Source: Patescibacteria group bacterium (GTDB lineage: Bacteria > Patescibacteriota > Patescibacteriia > Buchananbacterales > UBA6539). From it: a stretch of 64,000 nt of DNA. The translations under genes and the position numbers were made by a program. The stretch covers positions 16,338-80,337 of the forward strand of contig JBAZMQ010000004.1 in NCBI GenBank assembly GCA_041649675.1, written 5' to 3'. The notes under the pieces were generated by a model. It made no database searches. It saw nothing but the letters and a program-made list of their open reading frames with translations, and had not been told where the DNA came from. Position 1 is the first letter of the stretch. Every line of letters begins with the position of its first letter. This document shows positions 1 to 10,900 of this stretch, in pieces.

Positions 1-25
1 CAATGGAAAAATAAAAATTCAGATA

Positions 26-3000
26 GTGGCTAGCGGCGATTTAATCAGCGGTACAGCTTGGTTTGATGCTTTTTCCGTTACTAATAGCTGCGTTACTAAT
101 CCAATTACTTTAAATTTAATTGGGACTATAGATCAAGATGAAAGCAAATTACATTTAGATCGTAATGCTCAAAGTTGTCCGGCCCAAGCCGCTGGTTGTT
201 CTGAATTTATCCGAACCAAAAATAATTTAGGCAGCAACATTGTTCCTAATGCTAGTTTTGAAACCTGGTCTAGTGACATTGCCCAAAGAGGTTGGCAGGG
301 AGATTCAATTAGCCAACTGAGCAACGACGCTAATAATACTACCAATGCAATAGTGGGAAATTCCAGTTTGGTTATTAGTCCTCTTGGCAGTGTCCAAACT
401 GATAGTTTGGTAGCAGTTGCTCCGGCCACTAATTACTATGTATCTTTTTGGGCCAAAGCGCCTAATGCGACTGATGGTGTATCGGTCAGCAATTTTGTTA
501 AATTAAAATGGAAGCAAGGTACTGCCAATAAAGAAGCTGACCTTACTTTTTATCAAGATCCGGATGTTAATCTCAATACTAATTGGCGTCGATTTGTTTC
601 TGACGCCACCACCACTTCTGCTGCCGGCACTAGTTTTGCCCTTGCCTTTGATAACTCAACATCAGAAACCATATATTTAGACGGTGTCCAAATGGAGGCA
701 ATTGGTTACCAAGGTGATTATTCGGCTTATAAGGATTATGGCCTTGTTAATTTAACTTACCTGAAAAAACCGCCGGCTTCCTTTGGCTGCAGTGGTGATT
801 ATCAAAATGATCCAGGCTTATGTAATAACTATGCTTTGTATTGCCGAGCCGATGAAGTGGGGTGCGAAAGTTATACACCGCTTGATAAAAGTGGCCCGGC
901 CGTCCCCGGCGTGGCGGCTTTGGATGATTATTGTCCAGCCGAGTGCGTTGGTTACAATGCTTATAAACAATCAACAACATTTTTTGAAAGCCAAGAATCA
1001 ATAGAATATTTTATTCCTAAAACCGCTGCTCAATGTTCAGCCAGTGAAGAAGGTTGTGATGAATTTACCAATCTGGACAAGGTTTCTCAGGGTGGCGAGG
1101 CTAAAGAGTATTATCAGTACTTGCGTTTATGCAAAAAACCGACCGAGCCGGGGGCAATTTGTCAAAATTATTACACTTGGCAAGGTTCAGGTGAAACTGG
1201 TTATCAGTTAAAAGTTTACAATCTTTCCGCGGCCGCCGAGGGACCGCAAGAGGTTATTCCTTATAATGGTCCGGCTGATACTAATTGGCCTGATTATTGG
1301 TGTGATGACAAAACAATGGGCCAGAACAATCGACCAGTTTGTTGCGATGGCCAAGAAGATATAGCTAGCAATCCTTTCTGCAAGCAGCTGTATTCGGCGG
1401 ATGGTAAAATTTATTATCGGCTTTATCCCAACACTATTACTTGCTCTGATAGCTGTTTGGCTTACAGAAAATCTCGTTTAGGTGAATCAGAAGCAGCGGC
1501 AATGGATAATTGTTCTGGCACTCATGGTACTTGGGATCCGGCCAGCACGGCCTGTGTCTATCAGGCAATTCCCCAGGAAGGGATTGCTTGTTCGGCTCAA
1601 GCGGCTGGTTGTCGTCAGTACCGCGGTAATGCTGGCGGTAATGTTTATACGGCCTACTTTAATGATCTTGAAACTGGTACTTCCAGCGGTTGGCGTTATG
1701 GTTCAATTGACACCGAAGCGTTAGTGGTCGGTGGCCATTCTTTAAAGAGTCATTTAATTGCTAGCGATAACAGAACTATTGTAGAAACAACCAGCGGCCA
1801 TTTAAATAATGGTCCTTGTACCGACAATATTATTAAATATCAGGCGTGCGATGCGGCAAATCCAAATGACTATAATTGTTATGATTCGTCAAGCGGTAAA
1901 TGTATTGCTAAAGATTCCCAAACTACAGACACTTGCAAAGTTGAGCCGCTGGCTGAAGATTGCAGTTTGATAAGCAGCCAAATGACCGAGGGTAAAACTT
2001 ATCTGATTTCGTTTTGGGCCAAGAGTGATTCGGCAACCATAATCAGCAACGCCCAGGTTCAGATGGCAACCACCACCGGTACGACGGTTAAAACTACTGT
2101 GATTGGCACTACCAATATTAAACCGGAATGGAATTACTATAGTTTTGGCCCATTTGTTTATACTGGTGGCGACTATCCGGCTCAATTGACTGCCCAATTA
2201 ATTATCACCACTCCAAATGGAATTAGTACCCAATTTTATGTTGATAATATTAGAATTCAGGAAATAAATAGTTACAGCTACGTAATCAAAGGTTCCTGGA
2301 CGACCCCGGCGAGTTGCGATACTAATCCGTTTGTTAGTCCGGCTGTGGCCGCGCCGCAATTTATGCTTGGTTGTAAACAATACACTGATTTTTATAAACG
2401 GGTTCATAATTTGAAATCATTTAATCATTTATGCCGGGAGCAGGCCGCTGGCTGCGAAGCTTTAATTGATACTTATAATTATTCATCGCCTTTTGGCCAA
2501 AGTTTCAATGTCGCTGACCCAATCGCTCAGGTTAGAATCCCATCTGATCAGATTATTTACATGGTTAACCGGCCAACCTATCAGTGTGATGCCCAATATA
2601 AAGGTTGTCAGTCTTTAGGCCAACCGGCTATTAACAATGAAGATGAAATTTCTAGCTACCAGACGGTCTATCGAGTTAATAATCCGGATAACTATAGTTC
2701 AATCCTTTGTACTAGCGAGCAAGTCGGTTGTGACGAATTTCAAACCGGCAATGGTTTTGCCTACTTTAAAAATCCGGGGTCAAAGACTTGCGAATATAAG
2801 CCAATCCCGAATCAAAATACTTATGGTTGGTTTAAAACCAATTCAACAGCCAGCACACCTGATTGTCCGTTGGTTTCCCCGCCATTAGGAGTACCCCATC
2901 CAGGACAGACTTTTGCCGGTACTTGTTCGGATGAGTATAGTACTTGTACCCAATTTATTGATCCGACTACCGAATATGGTAAAAGTATTGTCTCAAACGG

Positions 3001-6000
3001 TGATTTGCAGCGCGATATAGATGATAATAAATTGCCCGATGATTGGAATATTTGTCAGTCGGCGGCCAATCCGAATGCTTTTTGCGCTAACTATCAAAGT
3101 GTATCGCTGAGACATGATAAACTTTATACTTTAACTGTTATTGGTACTGATGCTGCCAATGATAGTGATCGGCTTTGGTATAATACCGGCCAGCCTTTTA
3201 TTGAAATCAGTAATTGTCCGGCCATTACCTCTTTTGATCATTCAATGGTCAGAGTTTGTACCGATGCCGGTGGTTCGTTGGTTTTAAATGCTGGTAATTT
3301 GCCTACAGTCTGTACAGCCAACAGTGATTGTCCTGGTGGTCAAATTTGTAATGGCAATGTTTTAGTATTGCCTTGGGCTAAAGATAGTCGTAGTGCTGAC
3401 AATACGCCGAATTTACCTAATAGCAGGCAGTACTCCGGTCGTTTCTTTGTGCCGGAAAGGGATGAAATTTGTAGATTAGTTGTTCATACCAATTTATCAT
3501 TCCGGATTGATCAAACTGGAGCTTCTAATTACATCAATAAATATGTTAAAGAAATCAGGTTAGTCCCCACCGATGTTAGCTATGTTCTTAGTGACTCTGT
3601 TGATAAATTAAGTTGTAATGCGATTGTTAATCATGAGAATGGTTGTGTTTTGTTCAATGATCGCAGCAGTGTTAATTATAAGATTGGTGAAGATGATACA
3701 AGTTATTTAAATTTTGATGCCAATGTCAGTGGCCCAACCATTAACAACGGTATTGCCGTTAATCAATGTGCCGGCGTTTGCAATTCTAATGTTGTTTTGA
3801 AAGTTACACCTGACCGGATTTGTAATTCTTGGCTTTATTGTAGCAGCTATGCCACTTTTCCCGGCAGCGGCAGCCAGGGTGAGCGCAATGATTGTACCAG
3901 CATTGGTTTGTGCGATTCTTTGGATGACAACGGTAATTGCAGCGACTTTATTGCGCCCAAGAAAGAAGGTGCTCGCCAGGACTATTACCGTTCCCTTGAA
4001 GAGATCAGGGATTTGAGCGGCTACGTTAAGGCTGGATTAGATTTCACTCAACAATTGGCTAATGCCAAAATTCAAACTGATTTGCCAAAAATTATCCAAG
4101 GTGATTATCCTTATTCGGAAATGGTTCAAAAAGGCGGTATTGTATTCTCGCCTGGCACTAATTTTGAAAATGAGTTATCAAATTCGCTTAAGCCGTTTGG
4201 TTGGAATTTGAGATACCCGTTATTAACTGAACCGCCGGCTCAAAGTTTTTCAACTGCCGTTTGGCTCTTGACTTACTCTAAATTAATTGACAGTCCAATT
4301 GCCGCTCAAAAAGAAGGATTGGATTCTTCCGCTCCTGAAGGCTCAAAGTTTCTTAAACTTAGCGGTCCATACGTTGTTAATTCGGAAGAAATTGATGTGT
4401 TTGGTAGTTCCGAATACATTATGTCAGCCTTTATGAATACCAAAAATTTGCTTAAAGGTAGTGCCATAGTGGCCGTTGAACAATTTAATGATGAAGGAGC
4501 ATCATTAGGAATTAACCATGTATTAAACTTAGGGCGTTCAAGCGATTGGGTTTTTAGAGAAAACAGCTTTAGGACTAACTCGGCGACAACAAGAATAAAA
4601 ATTATTTTAAGTAATTGGGGACCAACTAGCCGAAGTGGTCATAATCCTTGGACTGGTGATACGGCCGACGTTATTCATGATGTTGTCGGTAGTTCTTATT
4701 TTGACGACATTAAAATAAAGCCGAATTTGCAGGTTGGCAATAACGCTTATGTTCCGCCAAGTTGCCGGGTTTATCCAGCGGCTGACTCTTTGAGTTGTGA
4801 TTATGTCACTTCGGACAATTTGCGTTTACGTGGCTGGCTTGGTTATTGCATTGAAACTGATCCGGCTAATCCGCAACAATGTTTGAATTGGTGGCCAATA
4901 GAATTAATTAATGGCGGCTTTGTTGATGAGCAGCCATTCATTACCCAAACGCCGCTTTACTATTGTTTAAAGGCTAAAGAAAATTTTTACGGTTTGCAAG
5001 CTTGTTTATTTAGAACAGATAGCACCCGTTGCGCTTCGGTCGGTGCCGGTGCTACGGGCGCCCCATCGCCAAGAATTTTTAATTGGGCAGTACCAACTGC
5101 TTGGCAGCTGGAAAGATGGCAAATTGTTAAATTAAGAATGATTACCTCGACTGCTGGTTGTCAAACCGAAGCTTGCGGCGGCGCCTTTACTCAGGTAAAC
5201 TTTTTACCTGATCCTAAAGGTAAAGACTCTACGCTTTTTATTAATGGTTCTAAGGGTTGGCAAGCCCATCTTAAATTTGGTACTAATAATAGGTTAGAAA
5301 GTATTGATTTCAATATCGGCGGATCAAATTGTATTTGTCCAGATGCTGATATTACAATTGAAGCCAGGAAGGAATGGTGTCAGATTCTGGTTCAAACCGT
5401 TACGCCTTTTGGTCAAAGCCGACCTTGGTGGAGCCGGATTTCCAATAACAGCGGTTCGACTTATACTGTCCCAGGCCTAAACTATCTTTATAATTTTGAT
5501 ATCGCGCCATACGGTGCGGTGGTACCGTCTTTGCCGGTAGAAAATCCAGCCGCCTGGAATTCAAGTTCTTATGCCGGGGTTGGACCACTGTGGGTGGCTT
5601 CGCCTGACCGGATTAATTTTAATACTCCGTTTCAAGCCAGGGCGGGAATTCCTTATTCTTGCGATCAAACTTCTGCCAAATATGGCAGCTTCAATTGTGC
5701 TTATCCGCCTCAGAGCACTGGTATTGCCAATAAAATTAACAATAAATCCGACCAGCTAGTGACCGCCGAGGTTAAAGGTATGGATAATTTAAAGCGGCTT
5801 TTTGTCCGTAATTATGGCAGTTGGCAGTATCAAGGTGACGGAGTTTGCAAAGATGTGGTAACCAATGAAATTGTAACTCAGGACGGTCGGGAAATCAGCT
5901 GTGCTTGTCCGGAAAGTTCCTGCAATGCCGAAACCAATAATTTTAAAATTTGCGGTTATGTTGACGAAGATGCTTTAGACAGAGGTTTTCCGGGTGTTTG

Positions 6001-7915
6001 CGATAATTGTGAGTCGGCCCCGGCCAACTGCGGCTGGTGTTATAGCGACAGTGACTGTCAGCCGAAAAATGGCGTAGCTGGCAAATGTGATTATACCCTT
6101 GGCCTTTGCCAAAAAGCCGACGACAGTTACAATACTCAAAAGAATTGCTCAGTTGAATATGTTTGTCCGCTCGAAGAAGGTGGCTCTTGTGCGGTTGAAA
6201 AATGTTTGATTGATGGTGCTACTTGTCCAAGCGATGGTAAATGTCTTGACGGTGCTAAATGTGACCCATTGCCTAAGTGTAGTAACGCTGGCGGAAGTGA
6301 TTATTGTTATGCCCAACCGGCAGACAATCAGTGCGGTAACAATGAAAAATGTATCTTGCCGGCTAATTCAGATGAAGTTTTATCCGCTATGGGCAGAGAA
6401 GATCCAACCGGGCAATCATGTGAAATTGGATTTTTCGGTTGTGACATTGATTTATTTGACCTTTTCTTTTCTACTGGCGCATCGGTGATGGAAATGTTTG
6501 TCGGTGCAGTCACGCTGCCAATTGCTATCTTAACTGCTGTTTTGAACTTTGCTATTCAAAAAATTACCAGTTGCCGGCCCCAGGGCTGCAGCGGTCAAGG
6601 TGCAAATTGTGGCGGTGCCGGCAATTGTATTACCTATTTGCATTACTTTCTCTATAAAACAACAATCATGTCTAATGATGAATGGAACTGGTTAGACGAT
6701 GTTCTCAGTGTAATACCTGATTCAACATTAGAGAATATGTCCGGTAGCGTTGAAGGATCCTCCGATGGGTCTAACTCAAACGTTATTTCATCTTTGCTTT
6801 CATCGTTAAATATATTTTCCGGCTCCTCCGGCGCCCAAATTGAGGATTTGCTAGAAGGTCTAACCGAACAAATTGGCATCGGTGGTGTCTTGGGTTTATT
6901 TACCCTTTTTAAGCTTAATTTGAATGATACCTATTGTTCCGGTTCGGACAATGCCTGCCAAACTGGCCCGGATGAGGGCCGGAGTTGTTGCCCGTTTTAT
7001 GCGCCAACCTGTGGTGAAAGTACTAGTATTATTGGTCGATGTTCTGATGGTCCAAACAAGGATTTATCTTGTAAACCGGCTCAAGAAGGTGGTGACCGCG
7101 GTGATGAGTGTCCGACTGGTTCTGTTTGTAAAGTGCGGTCTAATAATGAAACCTATCGGTCGGTTGATGCTTACCATTGGGCTGAACCGAGTTCAATCTG
7201 TCTTAATCCGGCAACTCCCGGTACTGACAATAAACGCTTGAATATCTTTAAGTGTGTTGGTGGCGCCAGCAATGGTGAAATTTGTGCTGGACCGGAAAAT
7301 TGTCCAGACGGCTCTTGTATTCAACAAAATGATTCTTACTGTGCAGTGGCACCAGAAGTTTCTTCAATTAAGATTAATAACCAAAATTTGGGTGATGTTA
7401 AAATCTATGGTGGCGATTACGTTAAAATGGTATTTACTACTGATATTGATTCACAGCAATTACCATTAAACGGTTACATCGTTGATTGGGGTGATGGTAA
7501 AAAAGATGCTGTTTCCGGCCAAGCTTTGCGTAGCCATCCGGACAAAACTAATCCGTTTGACGTTAGCCATTTGTATTCTTTCTGGGATTTACAGCAAGCC
7601 GCTCGGGACGGGGTTTTAAAGTGCGTGGGCCATCCGATTACGGCTGGCGGAACTGATTGTTGCAATGAGCAAGAATGTCACGTCGTGCCCAAGATTCAAA
7701 TCCGGGATAATTGGAATTGGTGTAATGGTAACTTAAGATGTGGCGGTGTTTTAGAAGGCACTCCTTGCAATGATGATAATACTTGCGGCAGTAGCCAATG
7801 TTTGCCGGTTGATAATCAATGGGGGTATAAAGGTAATACTTGTGATACTAATAGTAACGCCTGGCAGTATTATAATGGCGTAATTACTGTTTATCCTTAT
7901 TACAGTAAATTTTAA
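26..7915 (+). CDS. Giant cysteine-rich secreted/surface protein (2629 aa in window; probably 5'-truncated by the window edge). It has two CBM4_9-like carbohydrate-binding modules, a repeated C.(A/E)QAAGC motif, a Cys-rich C-terminal region and C-terminal hydrophobic segments.
   Basis: Single uninterrupted 7.9-kb ORF with no in-frame stop back to nt 2. CBM4_9-like motif 'NYYVSFWAKAP...ETIYLDGVQMEAIG' and second copy 'GKTYLISFWAKSD...QFYVDNIRIQE'. 'CPAQAAGC', 'CSAQAAGC' and 'CREQAAGC'. Hydrophobic stretch 'MFVGAVTLPIAILTAVLNFAI' near aa 2150. Confidence 0.7.
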   Translation: MASGDLISGTAWFDAFSVTNSCVTNPITLNLIGTIDQDESKLHLDRNAQSCPAQAAGCSEFIRTKNNLGSNIVPNASFETWSSDIAQRGWQGDSISQLSNDANNTTNAIVGNSSLVISPLGSVQTDSLVAVAPATNYYVSFWAKAPNATDGVSVSNFVKLKWKQGTANKEADLTFYQDPDVNLNTNWRRFVSDATTTSAAGTSFALAFDNSTSETIYLDGVQMEAIGYQGDYSAYKDYGLVNLTYLKKPPASFGCSGDYQNDPGLCNNYALYCRADEVGCESYTPLDKSGPAVPGVAALDDYCPAECVGYNAYKQSTTFFESQESIEYFIPKTAAQCSASEEGCDEFTNLDKVSQGGEAKEYYQYLRLCKKPTEPGAICQNYYTWQGSGETGYQLKVYNLSAAAEGPQEVIPYNGPADTNWPDYWCDDKTMGQNNRPVCCDGQEDIASNPFCKQLYSADGKIYYRLYPNTITCSDSCLAYRKSRLGESEAAAMDNCSGTHGTWDPASTACVYQAIPQEGIACSAQAAGCRQYRGNAGGNVYTAYFNDLETGTSSGWRYGSIDTEALVVGGHSLKSHLIASDNRTIVETTSGHLNNGPCTDNIIKYQACDAANPNDYNCYDSSSGKCIAKDSQTTDTCKVEPLAEDCSLISSQMTEGKTYLISFWAKSDSATIISNAQVQMATTTGTTVKTTVIGTTNIKPEWNYYSFGPFVYTGGDYPAQLTAQLIITTPNGISTQFYVDNIRIQEINSYSYVIKGSWTTPASCDTNPFVSPAVAAPQFMLGCKQYTDFYKRVHNLKSFNHLCREQAAGCEALIDTYNYSSPFGQSFNVADPIAQVRIPSDQIIYMVNRPTYQCDAQYKGCQSLGQPAINNEDEISSYQTVYRVNNPDNYSSILCTSEQVGCDEFQTGNGFAYFKNPGSKTCEYKPIPNQNTYGWFKTNSTASTPDCPLVSPPLGVPHPGQTFAGTCSDEYSTCTQFIDPTTEYGKSIVSNGDLQRDIDDNKLPDDWNICQSAANPNAFCANYQSVSLRHDKLYTLTVIGTDAANDSDRLWYNTGQPFIEISNCPAITSFDHSMVRVCTDAGGSLVLNAGNLPTVCTANSDCPGGQICNGNVLVLPWAKDSRSADNTPNLPNSRQYSGRFFVPERDEICRLVVHTNLSFRIDQTGASNYINKYVKEIRLVPTDVSYVLSDSVDKLSCNAIVNHENGCVLFNDRSSVNYKIGEDDTSYLNFDANVSGPTINNGIAVNQCAGVCNSNVVLKVTPDRICNSWLYCSSYATFPGSGSQGERNDCTSIGLCDSLDDNGNCSDFIAPKKEGARQDYYRSLEEIRDLSGYVKAGLDFTQQLANAKIQTDLPKIIQGDYPYSEMVQKGGIVFSPGTNFENELSNSLKPFGWNLRYPLLTEPPAQSFSTAVWLLTYSKLIDSPIAAQKEGLDSSAPEGSKFLKLSGPYVVNSEEIDVFGSSEYIMSAFMNTKNLLKGSAIVAVEQFNDEGASLGINHVLNLGRSSDWVFRENSFRTNSATTRIKIILSNWGPTSRSGHNPWTGDTADVIHDVVGSSYFDDIKIKPNLQVGNNAYVPPSCRVYPAADSLSCDYVTSDNLRLRGWLGYCIETDPANPQQCLNWWPIELINGGFVDEQPFITQTPLYYCLKAKENFYGLQACLFRTDSTRCASVGAGATGAPSPRIFNWAVPTAWQLERWQIVKLRMITSTAGCQTEACGGAFTQVNFLPDPKGKDSTLFINGSKGWQAHLKFGTNNRLESIDFNIGGSNCICPDADITIEARKEWCQILVQTVTPFGQSRPWWSRISNNSGSTYTVPGLNYLYNFDIAPYGAVVPSLPVENPAAWNSSSYAGVGPLWVASPDRINFNTPFQARAGIPYSCDQTSAKYGSFNCAYPPQSTGIANKINNKSDQLVTAEVKGMDNLKRLFVRNYGSWQYQGDGVCKDVVTNEIVTQDGREISCACPESSCNAETNNFKICGYVDEDALDRGFPGVCDNCESAPANCGWCYSDSDCQPKNGVAGKCDYTLGLCQKADDSYNTQKNCSVEYVCPLEEGGSCAVEKCLIDGATCPSDGKCLDGAKCDPLPKCSNAGGSDYCYAQPADNQCGNNEKCILPANSDEVLSAMGREDPTGQSCEIGFFGCDIDLFDLFFSTGASVMEMFVGAVTLPIAILTAVLNFAIQKITSCRPQGCSGQGANCGGAGNCITYLHYFLYKTTIMSNDEWNWLDDVLSVIPDSTLENMSGSVEGSSDGSNSNVISSLLSSLNIFSGSSGAQIEDLLEGLTEQIGIGGVLGLFTLFKLNLNDTYCSGSDNACQTGPDEGRSCCPFYAPTCGESTSIIGRCSDGPNKDLSCKPAQEGGDRGDECPTGSVCKVRSNNETYRSVDAYHWAEPSSICLNPATPGTDNKRLNIFKCVGGASNGEICAGPENCPDGSCIQQNDSYCAVAPEVSSIKINNQNLGDVKIYGGDYVKMVFTTDIDSQQLPLNGYIVDWGDGKKDAVSGQALRSHPDKTNPFDVSHLYSFWDLQQAARDGVLKCVGHPITAGGTDCCNEQECHVVPKIQIRDNWNWCNGNLRCGGVLEGTPCNDDNTCGSSQCLPVDNQWGYKGNTCDTNSNAWQYYNGVITVYPYYSKF

Positions 7916-7923
7916 AAATTGTA

Positions 7924-10900
7924 ATGAAAACGATTCCGCGACAATTTAAATTCAAAAAAACCGTGGTTTTGGTATTCGCAGCAGTTTTACTGTCTTCTGT
8001 TGCTTTTAGTGTTTTGCCGGGCTTAGCTTTGAATTTTCAAACCGCCGACCCACTTGAAAAGACCTTGGCAGTTTTACAGGTAACCCCGGTCAGCGCCGCT
8101 GGTGAGCAAACCGAGTCCAAGGATAACGATACCGATAGTTTTTTTGTCACCGCTGTTGGCTGGGTGGTTGAAAAGGCAGTTACTTTGGAAGGTTTTGTAA
8201 TCACTACTGAAACTAAAATCTTGATTTTTTTCTTAAAATATAATGGTTTTGTTAAAGCCAAGGCCGTGGTAATCGGTTGGACTTTAGTAAGGGATGTTTC
8301 TAATTTATTTTTTGTTTTGGTTTTATTGGTTATTGCCCTGGCCACAATTTTAAGGATTGAAGCTTACAATTTCAAGCGGTTATTGCCAAAAATTTTGCTG
8401 ATGGCGGTTTTAATTAATTTCAGCCGTTTAATTTGTGGCTTTATCATTGATTTTGCCCAGGTGATAATGATGAGTTTTGTTGCGGCCTTTGTTAAAATTG
8501 GAACCGGTGGTAATTTGTACGCTGTTTTGCATATCAATGACATTCTATATAGTACTTATGATGTCCAGACTAAGGCTAATACTGAGCAGGGAATTAGTCC
8601 TACGGCCATAGTGGTCAGCGGAATTTTGGCAGTTTTCTTGTTACTGGTTGCTTGTATTGTAATTTTTACCATGATGACTGTGATTATCATGAGAATGATT
8701 ATGCTTTGGATGCTGGTGGTGCTTTCACCGTTACCTTATATTCTTTCAGCCATTCCTAAAGCTGAGCGGTATGCTCAGCAATGGTGGCAGGAATTTAGCA
8801 AATATGTCATTGTTGGTCCAATTTTGGCGTTTTTCCTTTGGCTGACTTTTGCGGTTGCTTCCACTGACCGAGAGGGTTCAATTGGCGGTGAACAAATTGG
8901 CTTGGGTGCAACCGGTTTAGATTCACTAAAAACTTCTTTAGAAACAACTGATAAGGATACAAGCGGCCAAACCAATCAGCCAATAACCGAGGAAGATAAT
9001 AACGGAATTTTTACCGGGATTGGCCAAGTGGAAAATATGCTGTCCTTGATTATCGGGATTGGCATGCTAATGGCCGGTTTAATGATTACTCAGCAGCTGG
9101 GCGTGGCTGGCGGCCAAATGGGCGGAGCGGCAATGTCAAAAATGAAAAGCTTAGGCACCTCATCGCTTAGAAGTGTAGGCGGACTTATTGGCACAGGAGC
9201 CAAGACCTTAGGCAAAGCGCCTTTTCAATATATCGGTAGAAAAGTTAATGAAGCAGTTTATGACGATAGGTTACCAGCCTGGGTCAATCCGGCAGCAATG
9301 TATCGGGGTTGGGTGGCTCGACGCGAGGCTTTGTATACCAAGGCTAAAGAAGGTGCCGCTCTAGGTGGCCAAGAAATGTTTGAAAAAGCATTTACCGGCG
9401 TGGCTCAGCCTCGGCGGTTACAGATGAAAATAGCCGATTCACAAAAATACGCTTCGGAATATTTATTTTTACCAAAAGAAAAATTGGCCAACTATGCCGC
9501 TAATTTATACAAGCAATATCAAACCCATAAGACGCCGGAAATGCGAGCTAAGCTAAGAGGGGTGGCTCAAACTGCCTTTAGAAACGGGTTTGAAGATGAT
9601 GTAATGGATCAAGAGATTTTTCGTAATATGGCGCCAATTGATCCCAGAACCAATATGCCTCTCCACTTAGAAAAGGAACATTATGAGAAAGTGTGGCATA
9701 ACATTTTAGGTGATCATGAGGCCGGTGCATATACGGCCGCAACCGGTGACGAAATAGCTCATGCCACTAAACATTTTGGTGTGGCTGGATTAACTCAAGC
9801 TAACAACGTAACAGGTGATATTGCTTGGAATGATTATGATGAAAAAACTGGCAGATTTGAATGGGAAGAAATCGGGCCGGATGGCCGAAGTTATTTAAAA
9901 AAAGACGCCAATAAAGAAATCAAAAGAGCCAAAGAAGGGGGTAGGGTAGAACTAGCTGAAGCAATTAAAGAAGTTGGGCGAAATAGAAGTTCTTTTCATT
10001 ATCAGGGTATAACTGGAGTCCAAGATCGCAAGGATGCTAAGGGTGAAAAAATGAGAATTGCGGCGCCCTTTAGTGAATTAACAATGGATATGTTAAATTT
10101 ACAATTTAAAGGTCAGAGAGAAATTTTTCTTGGCGAACATTTTAATAGTAGAACTGCCATAGCTTTAGCCGGTGGAAAAATTGGTGACAGCACTTGTGAA
10201 TTTGAAGACAATGGCCTTACTCAAGTTTTGGCTGGTGGGGAGTATGCACCTCATCTATTAAGGAATATAGCCCTATTGGATGCTATTGAACCTTGGTTGG
10301 CTGTAGGTATGATTAAAAAAGTTGGCGGCAGCGAGACTGCCAAGCCAGAGAGTATAAAATATCGCACTGGTGATTGGGTTATGCCATTGCTAAGTTTACG
10401 TATAGCTAGGGACAGTGGTTTATTAGAAAAAATTCATAAGGAAACGGATCAAACTAAAAAAGAGCAGATGGAGCAGGATATGTTTAAACAATACGCTACA
10501 TATTCACCTCGGGCAGCTCAAGCCGCTGGTGCTCCTGGGCCGCAACCGTCACCTACTCCTGGCCCAACGCCTGGTGCTCTTGGGCCGCAACCGTCACCTA
10601 CGGCCGGTCCGTCTCCTGTGCCTTATTCAAGAATGGCCCAGGACTTTGATAGAGAAAAATTTGTCCGGACTAATCAAGCAGTTCATAGGTATGACAATGC
10701 CAATGACTTTTATAAATCTGATGAATACAAAAATGATCAGAATAAATATGAATCAGCGGTTGAGTATGCCAGGCACCGCGACGCTTTAAATCAAAAAGAA
10801 TTGGATCGGGTGAGGGGAACCAAAACTGCATCTACCACTAAAGCCGGTGCGCTGCAAGCCGGAGCTGGTATCAATTTCAGCGACCCTGAGTTACAAAAAG

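Noticed and set aside
169-7665. Numerous 60-105-aa ORFs on both strands inside the giant protein gene (e.g. 169-429, 747-1001, 6924-7241)
   Set aside because: All are nested within or antisense to a single long, well-supported ORF. They are typical shadow ORFs.
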